IMG/VR virus record: IMGVR_UViG_3300046517_000866
Span: 11,593 to 75,592 of that record
DNA length: 64,000 bases
Source of the DNA: a virus
Direction: 5' to 3' (one strand)
The position numbers and the translations under genes were made by a program. Below are positions 46,821 to 56,581 of the stretch, piece after piece (the stretch's first letter is position 1; every line of letters starts with the position of its first letter). The notes below the pieces were generated by a model. It did no database searches and had not been told where the DNA came from. It saw only the letters and a list, made by a program, of their open reading frames with translations.

Positions 46821-47753
46821 TTATGGATGACTACTAGCGTCGGTTAATGTACCGGTCGTCGTAAATGATCCACCCGTACCCTGATTGGTCCCGAATGCAG
46901 ATGCGCTACCACTAAACAATAGCGTGCCAGCTGTCCCAAGCGCAGCCGTAGCAACTGCAGGGTCGACCGGTTTTCCAGCCTCGTCAATAAATAAGCGCCT
47001 TGTCGCAAGTGGAATGTCACCACCCCCGTCTAGCAACGAAATGCCATAGAGTACGCGAAAATCGGCGATGTCACCGACAAAGTTGTCAAACCCGTCCGTC
47101 CCTATCCATGTCTCCAGCCCATTACCACCGACTGTGAAAGGCGTGGTCGCTATAGCATCTACATTTGTCACGTCAACATCGTCAATATAAACCTTAATCG
47201 CCAATGATGCCCCATCAAATCCAAGGATCATACAATGCCATAATCCATCATTCACTGCTGATGTCGAATGCGTTTCCATATTTGTGCTGACCGCAAACGG
47301 AACCGCGCCGACCTCATTATAAAGTATACCACTAATCAAGTTAAAATATGGATCAACGTCGTTTTCCGGGTCAACCACATAAAAGACGCCTCTCGCCTGC
47401 GTTGTCTTAAACCAGATGATGCTAGAAAATAAAGCACTAGCGCTTGCCGAAAGACTCGCAATCCGCAAGGAGGTCGATCCATCAAAGTGAACCGCTGAAG
47501 CAACGTAAGGTGGAGGAGTACTAAGCGCCAAGACGATGGCCGCCTCCCAACCAACTCCAGGATATTTTGCTTCCAATGCCTCACGCCAATCCACCGGACT
47601 AGCCGTGCTACTGATGAACGTCAACAAAGCTTGGCGCCAATCAACAGCCGACAAAGAACTTCCGGTCAAGCTAATGACAGCTTCACGCCAATCGACGCCA
47701 CGCATCCCTGCCAATTCGGCGAGCGTTTCACGCCAATCAACATCCGCCATCAC
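46821..47753 (-). CDS. LamG/concanavalin-like virion protein with N-terminal VDWR repeats
   Basis: AVHFDG, WFKT, NDGLWH and VYID motifs; four VDWR[EQ] repeats. Confidence 0.65.
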   Translation of the reverse strand: MMADVDWRETLAELAGMRGVDWREAVISLTGSSLSAVDWRQALLTFISSTASPVDWREALEAKYPGVGWEAAIVLALSTPPPYVASAVHFDGSTSLRIASLSASASALFSSIIWFKTTQARGVFYVVDPENDVDPYFNLISGILYNEVGAVPFAVSTNMETHSTSAVNDGLWHCMILGFDGASLAIKVYIDDVDVTNVDAIATTPFTVGGNGLETWIGTDGFDNFVGDIADFRVLYGISLLDGGGDIPLATRRLFIDEAGKPVDPAVATAALGTAGTLLFSGSASAFGTNQGTGGSFTTTGTLTDASSHP

Positions 47754-48382
47754 GGAAACCTTTCGAATGCTATCCAGGTCCCCTCGACCCGGAATATAGT
47801 GCGTCCTTGTGACACGAGCTTGTCAATCACAGGCTTCACCTGGACAACCGGCATGTCATGATAATCATGCCAGATAATCGTACCACCAGGTTTGATTGCT
47901 GCAAGAGCCAACTCTGTGTCGTGAGTAACGCCACGTGCACTATGGTCACCATCGATAAAGATTACATCCGCAGGGGGCAACTCGCCCACCTTGATATCCC
48001 CGGAACCATTTGCGCTGACCAGCAGTTCAAACCGCCGATCATTTACGCAGTGCCTACCGGGCGCTCCGGGTACTTCCCTTCGTTGGACGGGAAGTAACTT
48101 CGAACTGTAACCCGGAAGTACGTCGATACCTATATAACGTTGAAACTCAATGTGATCAAGGACCATTCGTGCAGTCCGCCCGGAGTTTACACCGATCTCG
48201 ATCATCGTGTGTTTCGTCTGTGCAGTATTCGCAACTGCAAGGATCATCTCCATTTCGCCTTGGTTCAAGTAGGGCAGTCGAGACAATCCAGGCGTCCAAC
48301 GAAAGTCTTTGGGCATGTAGCACTTCAACGCCTTTTGTTGAACGACCATCGGCGTTGTCTGTGGCCTCTTCACCGGGATCAT
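47750..48382 (-). CDS. Class I SAM-dependent methyltransferase (Methyltransf_24-like)
   Basis: IEIGVNSG, YIGID, DVIFIDGDH and KPGG.I.WHDY; ATGA-coupled to the glycosyltransferase. Confidence 0.85.
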   Translation of the reverse strand: MIPVKRPQTTPMVVQQKALKCYMPKDFRWTPGLSRLPYLNQGEMEMILAVANTAQTKHTMIEIGVNSGRTARMVLDHIEFQRYIGIDVLPGYSSKLLPVQRREVPGAPGRHCVNDRRFELLVSANGSGDIKVGELPPADVIFIDGDHSARGVTHDTELALAAIKPGGTIIWHDYHDMPVVQVKPVIDKLVSQGRTIFRVEGTWIAFERFP

Positions 48383-49293
48383 CTCAGGAACTCCATCAGC
48401 CTCTTGGTTGCATTGACCATGTCGATTTTCTTGTTGCAACTGTGCATGGCAGACCAACAGTTGCAAGGATTGATCGGGTCGATACCCAGGAATGGTGCCC
48501 ATACAGTTGATGATCTATGTGCATATGAACTCTCCATTCCACCAAAAACAATTACAACTGGTGTCCCTGTCGCTTGGGCCATTGCAAGGGCGAAGCCTGG
48601 CGCTGCCATTACAAGATTGGCAATCGAAAACAATCCAATCAATGTCTCAGTTGGTAAAGGATGTTCATAAAACTGGTGATCTGCCCATAGTTCTGGACCA
48701 ATCAACCACTCACGATCCTTTTCCAAGTCAGCAACAGAAACGACATGGAAATACTTGCGAATGGAGTTGTAAAGAGCAAAATAGTGGTTTGTATCTGGAT
48801 TGCGTTGCGTAATCGGGTTCCATTCTGTTCGAACAGTCAATGGTCGGACAACAAGAATTGGCTTTTCAGGATACCCGATCAACTTTCGTGCAGCCTCCTG
48901 CCATGCTGCCGGAACCGTCATTCTGTAGTCATAGTCTGTTTCAATGTGAGTGACTGCAGCCATCGCTTGCGGCAGTCCACCTAACTGAACGGCGATTGGA
49001 AAGGGATAATGAACTCTAACTTCTTGCAATGGGGTTGTCCCCATCGGATTTCTAACAAAGTACTTTAAGTTCTTGTTGACGCTTTTTGCCTGAGTCCGCA
49101 GTCGCGTATTGGACGCAACGAACTTCAACCGAGGCATGTCGTGATAAATTGCGGGCCACGATGTCTCCAACCACACGTCTTCGGCCTTTTCCAGGATAGG
49201 CTTGACAACTGCACGTTGGTAGAAACTGTCACCCATCCCCTGCATTCCATGGATGAAAACACGCCTTTGGATCGTGACATGCATGATTGCCAT
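48379..49293 (-). CDS. GT-B glycosyltransferase (GT9 heptosyltransferase-like)
   Basis: GMGD near the N-terminus, ANLV....GFA.AMAQA.GTP.VIVFG and C-terminal PCNC.....C.K.I. Confidence 0.75.
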   Translation of the reverse strand: MAIMHVTIQRRVFIHGMQGMGDSFYQRAVVKPILEKAEDVWLETSWPAIYHDMPRLKFVASNTRLRTQAKSVNKNLKYFVRNPMGTTPLQEVRVHYPFPIAVQLGGLPQAMAAVTHIETDYDYRMTVPAAWQEAARKLIGYPEKPILVVRPLTVRTEWNPITQRNPDTNHYFALYNSIRKYFHVVSVADLEKDREWLIGPELWADHQFYEHPLPTETLIGLFSIANLVMAAPGFALAMAQATGTPVVIVFGGMESSYAHRSSTVWAPFLGIDPINPCNCWSAMHSCNKKIDMVNATKRLMEFLR

Positions 49294-49311
49294 CCGTGTT
49301 CGGATCAGGGG

Positions 49312-49415
49312 TGCCAAAATTCCTGCGATAGAGCGGGCTACAGAGGTTTTTGGGAGGGGAGCGCTACCTCCCTAGCGCCCCCATGCGAAAGGGCGCTGTA
49401 GCCCGCTCTAATGGA
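49312..49415. repeat. Dispersed ~100-bp dyad element, copy 4
   Basis: CAAAATTCCTGCGATA flank; core GGAGCGCTA-cctccc-TAGCGCCCC at 49358-49381; perfect 15-bp outer inverted repeat 49329-49343 / 49396-49410. Confidence 0.9.
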
Positions 49416-49445
49416 GGGTCCGTTTGTTGTATTTTTGCAACACAC

Positions 49446-49883
49446 TCAGTACCCATTGAACAATTGATGCTTGAAGGACTCCAGCAAGAACAGCCCTGTC
49501 GCAAGGTCCAGATCATCGTCATGAATGAAGTGTGCATAACCGTCGTCATTCTCAATCAACACAATAGTATGCTTTGCCTTGTGCTCCGCTGCAGCCTCTA
49601 GAACAGACTTTACTGCTCGCACCCGTTCGGGCAACTTGACTACAACATTGTCGGAAGACGCGCCAGGAGGTATGAACACACCACCCGCAGCATATTTGGT
49701 TTTGGATACAGCATCATTATGACCAACTGCTGCAACCAACTGTGTATTGATCTCGTAAATCTGCTTACTCAACCATTCGTTAACTCGACAATCAATGTCG
49801 CCTGATTGCGCGTTTCGATTAAACACACGAGTTAGATAAGTCAGCAGGTCATAACGCTCGCGCAGTTGCTCATAGGTCATCAT
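49446..49883 (-). CDS. Hypothetical protein
   Basis: ORF with GGAG RBS. Confidence 0.5.
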   Translation of the reverse strand: MMTYEQLRERYDLLTYLTRVFNRNAQSGDIDCRVNEWLSKQIYEINTQLVAAVGHNDAVSKTKYAAGGVFIPPGASSDNVVVKLPERVRAVKSVLEAAAEHKAKHTIVLIENDDGYAHFIHDDDLDLATGLFLLESFKHQLFNGY

Positions 49884-50282
49884 CGGATTATCTCCACACG
49901 TCGTAGCTTGCTTTGCGCTGGTTGCTTGTCTTTTGGAAAGACGCCGGGTCGCCGTAATGCAGCGTGACCTTTAGACGTTAAACTGTAACACCCTCGAAAA
50001 TGGAATAAGTAACCCCTAATGACTAGTTGCGCCAATCGGCTTGGCGCAACGTATAGTCCAGTATGCCAACGCTTGAGGTCCCAAGTCGCGGGACCTATTC
50101 CAGTTCCCACATCAGGCCTCTACAACAGGAACGTCTTGCCAGTCACGAACAATCCTAATCCACCCCTCTTTTGTTAGCATGGCTCCAGGGGTGTCCTCGT
50201 CAGCAAACTCCCAGGTTTCTATGTACTGCTGGAGTCGATCACCGTCCTTGGTTCGGAGTATTCGTAATTGCATCTTGCAACC

Positions 50283-50918
50283 TCATGCCTTGGGAAGCAC
50301 AATACCAACTTGATCCTGGTACTTCCCCTTTCGATCGGCATACGATGTCTCACAACCCACCACATCAACACTCTCCAGCATTGGGTGACCCACATGCTTG
50401 GGTCTAGAAACAATATGCCGATGAAAGGTCAACTGCAGAAAACCCTCGCCAGCATACATACGCACGGGCAAGGGCGAGGTGTTAGCAATTTCTGTAGTGA
50501 TCTGCCCAACCCACTCCGGCTCGAGGGGCGTCACATTACAGACAATGCCGCAACGGGCATAAGTGGACTTGCCGATACATATGACCAACACGTCACGAGG
50601 AACTCGGATCGTTTCCATGCTGACACCCAAAGCAAACGAGTTCGGAGGTATCAGTATCTCATCTGCCTCAACATCAACGAAACAACTATCGGCCATACTC
50701 TTCGGATCGATAACTGAATTGTTGACGTTCGTGAATACCTTGAACTGGCGACCCAGGCGAACGTCATACCCATAGGATGACAACCCATAGGAAATGATGC
50801 GGCCATTGCGGGTGAATACCCCGTGCTTTTCCTTGACCTGTGTTGCCGAAAACGGTGCAATCATCGGCACGTTTCCATAACAACGATCCTTGATTTCCCA
50901 GTCAGCCATGATAGTCAT
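50283..50918 (-). CDS. dcd: dCTP deaminase
   Basis: [31 protein letters not shown] and [11 protein letters not shown] motifs. Confidence 0.95.
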   Translation of the reverse strand: MTIMADWEIKDRCYGNVPMIAPFSATQVKEKHGVFTRNGRIISYGLSSYGYDVRLGRQFKVFTNVNNSVIDPKSMADSCFVDVEADEILIPPNSFALGVSMETIRVPRDVLVICIGKSTYARCGIVCNVTPLEPEWVGQITTEIANTSPLPVRMYAGEGFLQLTFHRHIVSRPKHVGHPMLESVDVVGCETSYADRKGKYQDQVGIVLPKA

Positions 50919-51032
50919 TCTTGCGCTTCCTTTTTCAATGAGACAAGACACGTTCCAGCAGCATACCCATTGACATACCAAACACCGCCGACGCAGCGCA
51001 TAGCAACAATATTCGAAAATGAAGATCAGTCA

Positions 51033-51257
51033 TCAGTTCACCGTTTCGTCATGACGCACAACAAGTGCTCCCAAACAATTGTAGACATGAGTCAGTAACA
51101 CCTCCCAATCCTTCTCGTAGTAGCGGCAGTGAATGTAACCAGCCATAACGCTTGTCAATGCCGACAAAGCAATATCGGGGTCATGATCTTCCAGTACTAG
51201 ACAAAGTTGCAATGACAATTCATTGATGGACGCTACCCGCTGTTTCACATCAGCCAT
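51033..51257 (-). CDS. Hypothetical protein
   Basis: ORF with RBS. Confidence 0.45.
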   Translation of the reverse strand: MADVKQRVASINELSLQLCLVLEDHDPDIALSALTSVMAGYIHCRYYEKDWEVLLTHVYNCLGALVVRHDETVN

Positions 51258-51286
51258 TTTTTGTGGACTCCCTTCATCCTCACATA

Positions 51287-51967
51287 CTACTTAATGAGGC
51301 GGGTCATGTGGACAACAACGTCAAGCCGACCACCGTCTGCCCCCCGACCTTCGGATCGAGTAACGGACTTGACCTTAAAATGATTGCCACGTTGAAACAA
51401 GAACTCGAACTCCCTTGGATTGTAAATTGCCTTTGGGTTTTTAACAGTTGATGGGATCACCTGCAACAGCACATCAGTTTCGCCAAGGTTCCCCTTCAAA
51501 GCATGCTCCGCCCATGCTTTAGCGGTGGTAGTTGCAACGTAACCCTGGTCTACAAAAACTCCACCAACTTTTAATTTATCCAGCAATGGATCATCTTCCG
51601 GCAAATGCAAGCCACGCCACAATTTAACTCCAGCAGGAACAGGTCTTCCATTTTCGGCAAGGTCTTTGTCGATCGCTGCAACCTTAGTATCCAAATCTCG
51701 TCGCTCGTCTGAATACCCACCGTTGCGGAGATAGTCATTGATCTTTTCAAATTCAGATGAAAACATGTACTGCTTAACTGCGCCGTCAGATGTAGCAAAG
51801 CGGCCCTTCTCATCATGATAGGGGTTCATACCCAACTTATGTGCACCAAGAGGATGACGCGTTGCAAAGAAACTACCCACCTTCTTCGGCTCGTCCTCGA
51901 CTATGTTCAAAGTTCCGTCTTCAAGCATGCCGGGCGGAGTATCGTCAACTGACTTGTTCATGATCAC
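51287..51967 (-). CDS. ADP-ribosyltransferase (VIP2/Alt-like)
   Basis: Y.....INDYLR, LWRG, GYVATT and EFEFLF.RG (R-S/T-ExE); N-terminal NPYHDEKGRF. Confidence 0.8.
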   Translation of the reverse strand: MIMNKSVDDTPPGMLEDGTLNIVEDEPKKVGSFFATRHPLGAHKLGMNPYHDEKGRFATSDGAVKQYMFSSEFEKINDYLRNGGYSDERRDLDTKVAAIDKDLAENGRPVPAGVKLWRGLHLPEDDPLLDKLKVGGVFVDQGYVATTTAKAWAEHALKGNLGETDVLLQVIPSTVKNPKAIYNPREFEFLFQRGNHFKVKSVTRSEGRGADGGRLDVVVHMTRLIK

Positions 51968-54900
51968 ACCTCTCGCAACACTGTATCATACTTGCCGTCT
52001 TTTGCTTTCTTGACGGAAATGACTTTGAACCGTGTACCACTCCTGAATAGAACCTCCCGTTCCTCAGGATTAAAAGCAATTCGTGCAATGTCCTTGCCAG
52101 TCTTGCCTTGGATCGTGAAATTGACAAGTGGCCGATGCCCCGGGTCAAAACTACTGTCCGATCGTTTTGTACTCAAGAACGCCCGTTCCTCAATCGTCTT
52201 TCCAACTGCATCCTGATAAACCTTCAACACGTCTGGATTGTTGGACCCGACACGATCGGTCGTTCCTTCATAATTAGGCATACGCCCCAGTGCTGAGTTC
52301 AGCTTTTCGACGTAATCCTGCTGCTCAGGAGTCAACGTCTGGCGCCGCAATGAATTGTTTATACCGAGGTAGGACGGACCCGTGTAGTCATGAATGATGT
52401 TGCGCTCACCAACAGACAATTTGACATAATTGGGTATATCTTCGTCCATGGTGAAGTGAGCACTGACACCTTTGATTGCTTTGTCGAACTCAGCATCGGT
52501 GAACTCAGAGGTTGCAAAGCGTCCCTTCTCGTCATGGTTCGGATTGAACCCCAACTTGCCTACGTCCATGTTATCCAGGATTGTCTGCAACCCTGTCAGT
52601 GCCTCGAGTACTTCATCACGTGCCACCTTCAACTTCTTCGCATTCCTTTCCGTACGCAGGGCAATCATCGCCGCAACTGCGCGAGACATGTAGTCCTTTG
52701 CAATACCAACAGACACTTGAGCATTTTCAGCAAAGTTGACAACTTGTGCATGGATTGCCTCTTCCACATCCGCAGGGAAATCAGCACCAGCAACATGGTA
52801 CAAACTGAAGGTGATGGCAGCTGCCAATAACTCCCGTTTGTTGTCATTCAGTTTGCTTCCTACAGTATGAACTATATCCTTCGCAGGACCAGCAAGAAAC
52901 GCCTTGATCGGCCCCGTTGCAAACTTGCCATGCTCGTCATGGAACGGATTAAACCCTACCTGATTGACAGTTGAGTCCTGTGGCATGTCAGGATTGAGAC
53001 CAGGCCCCAACTTGCGGATGGTCCAGAAGTCATCCGCAAGGTCCCGATCTTCTAAGTAATCGCCTGGTATCCAGAAGTGGCCTGCATCACCCCAATCCGT
53101 GCCATAGGAGTTGCGCACCTCATACATGAAGGACGGCACAGCAACAGCAGGTAACCCCGATCGCAGGAACACTGGATTACTATGGAAATCCGTGTCATAC
53201 CCAACGATGCAAACGGCATGACCACCAATCTGCTTTTCAGAGTTGAAGTCGGGCATCAACAATATGCCTGTTTTCGCAACCTGATCATCCTGGAATGACG
53301 AGTACACAGTGAACCCACCGACAAACGGAAACTTAGACGCAATGCATTTCATGAAGTCGTCGTGTGTCTTCAGTCGAGAGTATTTGGATATACGATAGTC
53401 TTGATCATCTGGCGGCAACGGTGGCTTGACCTTGAACTTCTTGATCTTGTACGGCCATTCGGCTTCCGTGCAAACTCCGATTTTGGCAAGTACCTTGATA
53501 CCGTCACGGATTTCCGCGCCACTATCGGACTTCACACTGTCTTCAATTTGTCGCTCCAGATAGTAGAGTTGTAATCGTGAAAGCATCGGCGTGTTTGGAC
53601 CATGCAAGTACATCACAGGTGGGATCAAGGCGTTTGCCGTGCATGAACCCAAATCCCCTTGATCAAAGATCGGACACAGCAATTTCCGTAGTGAAGCCTT
53701 TGCCGGCAACCCAATTGACTTGGGGTGCTCGAGTGCATAAAGCAAGTCCCGCTTGTCAGGTGTATCTGGCGACCAGCCGAAATTCTTTTTGATGACAAGG
53801 GACTCAACTGCCGCTCGCGCAACCATACGAGTATTCCTTTTCTTAGCAGGCTTGAATTGGGAGGTATCAATCTGCCTCAACTGATCGATCGTATACCTCA
53901 AACCCGTATGATCTATGAACTTCCCCACCTTCATCGTGCCATGTCGAAACATCGCCGCATGAACTGTACCAAGCAATCCGTCTTGCACATGTGGAGGTTG
54001 ACGCTTGAGCCATCCACTGTAGGTCAGCTTTGCAGGCACCTCACCATTCATGTACTCGACAACATCATCGGGCAAGTCACCTGGATCAAACCCAAGGTCC
54101 TTGATTGCCTTGATCAAAGCAACAAACGCCGATCGACACCCAATGTGCGCGGGAGGACGAGGGCCTTCACCGATACCAAAAATTGACCCATCCAGTCCTT
54201 CGCAAATGTCTGTTGTTCTGTCGTCCAGAACAGACACCCACATACCACTACCAATCAGGTCTGAGTTTGCTTCATAGAACAACTCTCGCGCATTGTTTGC
54301 CGCATGGTTCGCCGCAGTCCTTGTAACCGACGCCGCCGATCTTCGCGATACCGCGAGAACCCCGTCTTGATAATTTGCTGCTTTCGTTCCACGTATGGCC
54401 TTGATAATTGAGTTGACTGAGTCCTTAGCCGTGCTTCCAGCTCTAATCGCAGCGCGAATGCGATTGAACCGACCAACACGCATACCCTCAATCCACTCAG
54501 AAAGTAGAGCACCCTGAAATGGAACATCTGTAACCCCCTCTTCCAACGCAGCGCTGGCTGCGCGTCCGAAGTCCCATTCGATTGGCAGTAATCGTGTCAG
54601 CGCTGTTTGCTGATACTCTTGCTCATACTTCGCCAACTTGACCAACCTGTCAGTCAACGCCTTTTCGATATCGCGGAATGTCTTGTCATTGACGCCAGCA
54701 ACAGCACGCAGGACTGTATCGATGCGACCAAGAGTACCATCCTGCTTTGCTCGATCGGCAATCGCTGCAAGTAGCAATGAGTCGTTGCTGTCAAGAATGA
54801 CTGTTAACTCGTCAATCATCGTGCGCTGAAGACGAGTCAAACCAATCTGGTGTGATACTAGTTTGTCAAGAAGGTCCTCGTTGATGTTGTCACCGGGTGC

Positions 54901-55062
54901 TGCCCCATACTTCATGGCAAGCAAGTGTGCCGGTGGCAGGACTTCAATCTCAGAAGGTCCCCAAACAAATCGAGACTGCCTAGACAAACCAAGACGTGCT
55001 AAAGGATGAGTCTTCGGCAAGACTTCAAAGTCAGAAGGACCCCAAACAAATCGTGAGTTCAT
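51964..55062 (-). CDS. MuF (SPP1 gp7-like) head protein fused to a papain-like C1A peptidase and an ADP-ribosyltransferase
   Basis: MuF: RTA..H, W.S.LD.RT..IC..LDG, PPAH..CRS. Peptidase: DQGDLGSCTANA, GGHAV, RNSYG..WGD.G.FW. ART: YT...Y..IN..LR, FLSTK, EREVLF..G. Confidence 0.88.
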   Translation of the reverse strand: MNSRFVWGPSDFEVLPKTHPLARLGLSRQSRFVWGPSEIEVLPPAHLLAMKYGAAPGDNINEDLLDKLVSHQIGLTRLQRTMIDELTVILDSNDSLLLAAIADRAKQDGTLGRIDTVLRAVAGVNDKTFRDIEKALTDRLVKLAKYEQEYQQTALTRLLPIEWDFGRAASAALEEGVTDVPFQGALLSEWIEGMRVGRFNRIRAAIRAGSTAKDSVNSIIKAIRGTKAANYQDGVLAVSRRSAASVTRTAANHAANNARELFYEANSDLIGSGMWVSVLDDRTTDICEGLDGSIFGIGEGPRPPAHIGCRSAFVALIKAIKDLGFDPGDLPDDVVEYMNGEVPAKLTYSGWLKRQPPHVQDGLLGTVHAAMFRHGTMKVGKFIDHTGLRYTIDQLRQIDTSQFKPAKKRNTRMVARAAVESLVIKKNFGWSPDTPDKRDLLYALEHPKSIGLPAKASLRKLLCPIFDQGDLGSCTANALIPPVMYLHGPNTPMLSRLQLYYLERQIEDSVKSDSGAEIRDGIKVLAKIGVCTEAEWPYKIKKFKVKPPLPPDDQDYRISKYSRLKTHDDFMKCIASKFPFVGGFTVYSSFQDDQVAKTGILLMPDFNSEKQIGGHAVCIVGYDTDFHSNPVFLRSGLPAVAVPSFMYEVRNSYGTDWGDAGHFWIPGDYLEDRDLADDFWTIRKLGPGLNPDMPQDSTVNQVGFNPFHDEHGKFATGPIKAFLAGPAKDIVHTVGSKLNDNKRELLAAAITFSLYHVAGADFPADVEEAIHAQVVNFAENAQVSVGIAKDYMSRAVAAMIALRTERNAKKLKVARDEVLEALTGLQTILDNMDVGKLGFNPNHDEKGRFATSEFTDAEFDKAIKGVSAHFTMDEDIPNYVKLSVGERNIIHDYTGPSYLGINNSLRRQTLTPEQQDYVEKLNSALGRMPNYEGTTDRVGSNNPDVLKVYQDAVGKTIEERAFLSTKRSDSSFDPGHRPLVNFTIQGKTGKDIARIAFNPEEREVLFRSGTRFKVISVKKAKDGKYDTVLREV

Positions 55063-55730
55063 TTTATCACCGTCAAGTAAATAACACGTCCTTGACGCTT
55101 AATTACGCGATATGTTGTGCCTCGCCGCAACAAGACCTCTTGCTCTCCACCTTGGAGACTCTGCCCTTTTAACAAAGCCTTTGCCTTTTTAGTCAGATTT
55201 TTTGAACTAACTTCTGGACTGATAACCTTCGTCCCCTTTGGCAAAAGGATATGAGCCAAGTATCCGCTGGTTTCATCACCTTCATCGTCTTCCATCCTAG
55301 TGAAGATTTCAGCCGCCTCCTTGTCAATAGAAGTTGAGTTGAAACCACGATCCGTAAACGTGTCACCCTCTTTCAACTCGCCAATTGCGTCCTTGTCCAT
55401 GCCACGGTAAACAACTGTATCTTCAGTTAGGCTTTGCGCACCATAGTCAAACGCCCGATCCAACCCCCGAATAGTTCTTTGCTGGGAACCACTAGTCCAA
55501 TCATTCTCGTCACCACTACGCAAAGCATTGTTGATTGCCAAATACTTCCCACTAACCCAATCCGAACATGCAACTTGCGAGGTGGGTAACAAAGCGTCAG
55601 GCAGATTGGACCAGTTTGGTTCTAACTTTTTAACATCATCGCCAGTAAGTCTCTTAGCGTTCTCACCAACCCATTCACCGGCCCCAGGCTGGCCAGCAGG
55701 AACACGTGGTTGCTTAGGATCAAATGACAT
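55059..55730 (-). CDS. ADP-ribosyltransferase (VIP2/Alt-like)
   Basis: Y.AINNALR, VYRG, D.GFNSTS and EQEVLL.RG; N-terminal FDP.QPRVPAG.PG.GEW. Confidence 0.82.
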   Translation of the reverse strand: MSFDPKQPRVPAGQPGAGEWVGENAKRLTGDDVKKLEPNWSNLPDALLPTSQVACSDWVSGKYLAINNALRSGDENDWTSGSQQRTIRGLDRAFDYGAQSLTEDTVVYRGMDKDAIGELKEGDTFTDRGFNSTSIDKEAAEIFTRMEDDEGDETSGYLAHILLPKGTKVISPEVSSKNLTKKAKALLKGQSLQGGEQEVLLRRGTTYRVIKRQGRVIYLTVIK

Positions 55731-56099
55731 TTTCAGACCTTCACCATCATGTACGCCACAACTGCAAAGATCGCAGCCATAGGCGCACTGATGTACCAAA
55801 CGTCTCGCCGTTCCGAGAACAGATCAAAAATAGTGGTAACCGCACACATTGCAAATAATGCAGTGCATGCGGCACCAACCCATATCAAGACTTGATGACC
55901 CATCTAGGCATCATCGACAAGCGCGTTGCGGATGACGACCTTCCGCAACGATCCATTCTTTGCAGGCTTGACGACTCGCGTCATTCCAGCAGGTGCTCGC
56001 TGAACCCGAGGCTTCATTGCCTTCGGATGATACTTCGCCGCAACCTTCGGCTTTCGTGCGTAACCCATCTTTGCCATTTATACTTTCCTTTCAGGTTCA

Positions 56100-56567
56100 C
56101 TACGCAAACGTTGTTATCACACCATTGACAACAGTGATCGTCTTTCCGACCAGCGATGCTGTAGTTATTGTCCCGCTAAATCCAGTAGTGGCTGGCCCTT
56201 GTGGTCCTGTTGCACCTATCGGACCTGTCGCCCCTGTTGATCCAATTGCACCTGTCGCCCCGATTGGACCCGTCGCCCCGATCGGACCCGTGGCACCTGT
56301 GACACCAATTGGACCTGTTGAACCTGTTGCCCCGATCGGACCTGTAACTCCCGTGGCACCTATTGGACCCGTTACACCCGTCGCCCCGATTGGGCCTGTA
56401 GCGCCTGACGCCCCTGTCGCACCATTTCCCACAACACTTGCAGGTCGCCATTTCAAAGTGGGGGCGTCATCTGCTACGACCCTTGTCAGTACATCGCCGT
56501 CCACACCACCCTCGGGTATAGTATTTGAGAATGGCTTGGACTGATCTGTTGTTCGGCCGCGTGACAT
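56100..56567 (-). CDS. Short collagen-like fibre protein
   Basis: About 26 GXY triplets; N-terminus shared with 57960..60518; [11 protein letters not shown]-terminus. Confidence 0.75.
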   Translation of the reverse strand: MSRGRTTDQSKPFSNTIPEGGVDGDVLTRVVADDAPTLKWRPASVVGNGATGASGATGPIGATGVTGPIGATGVTGPIGATGSTGPIGVTGATGPIGATGPIGATGAIGSTGATGPIGATGPQGPATTGFSGTITTASLVGKTITVVNGVITTFA

Positions 56568-56581
56568 GTTACCTCCAACTC

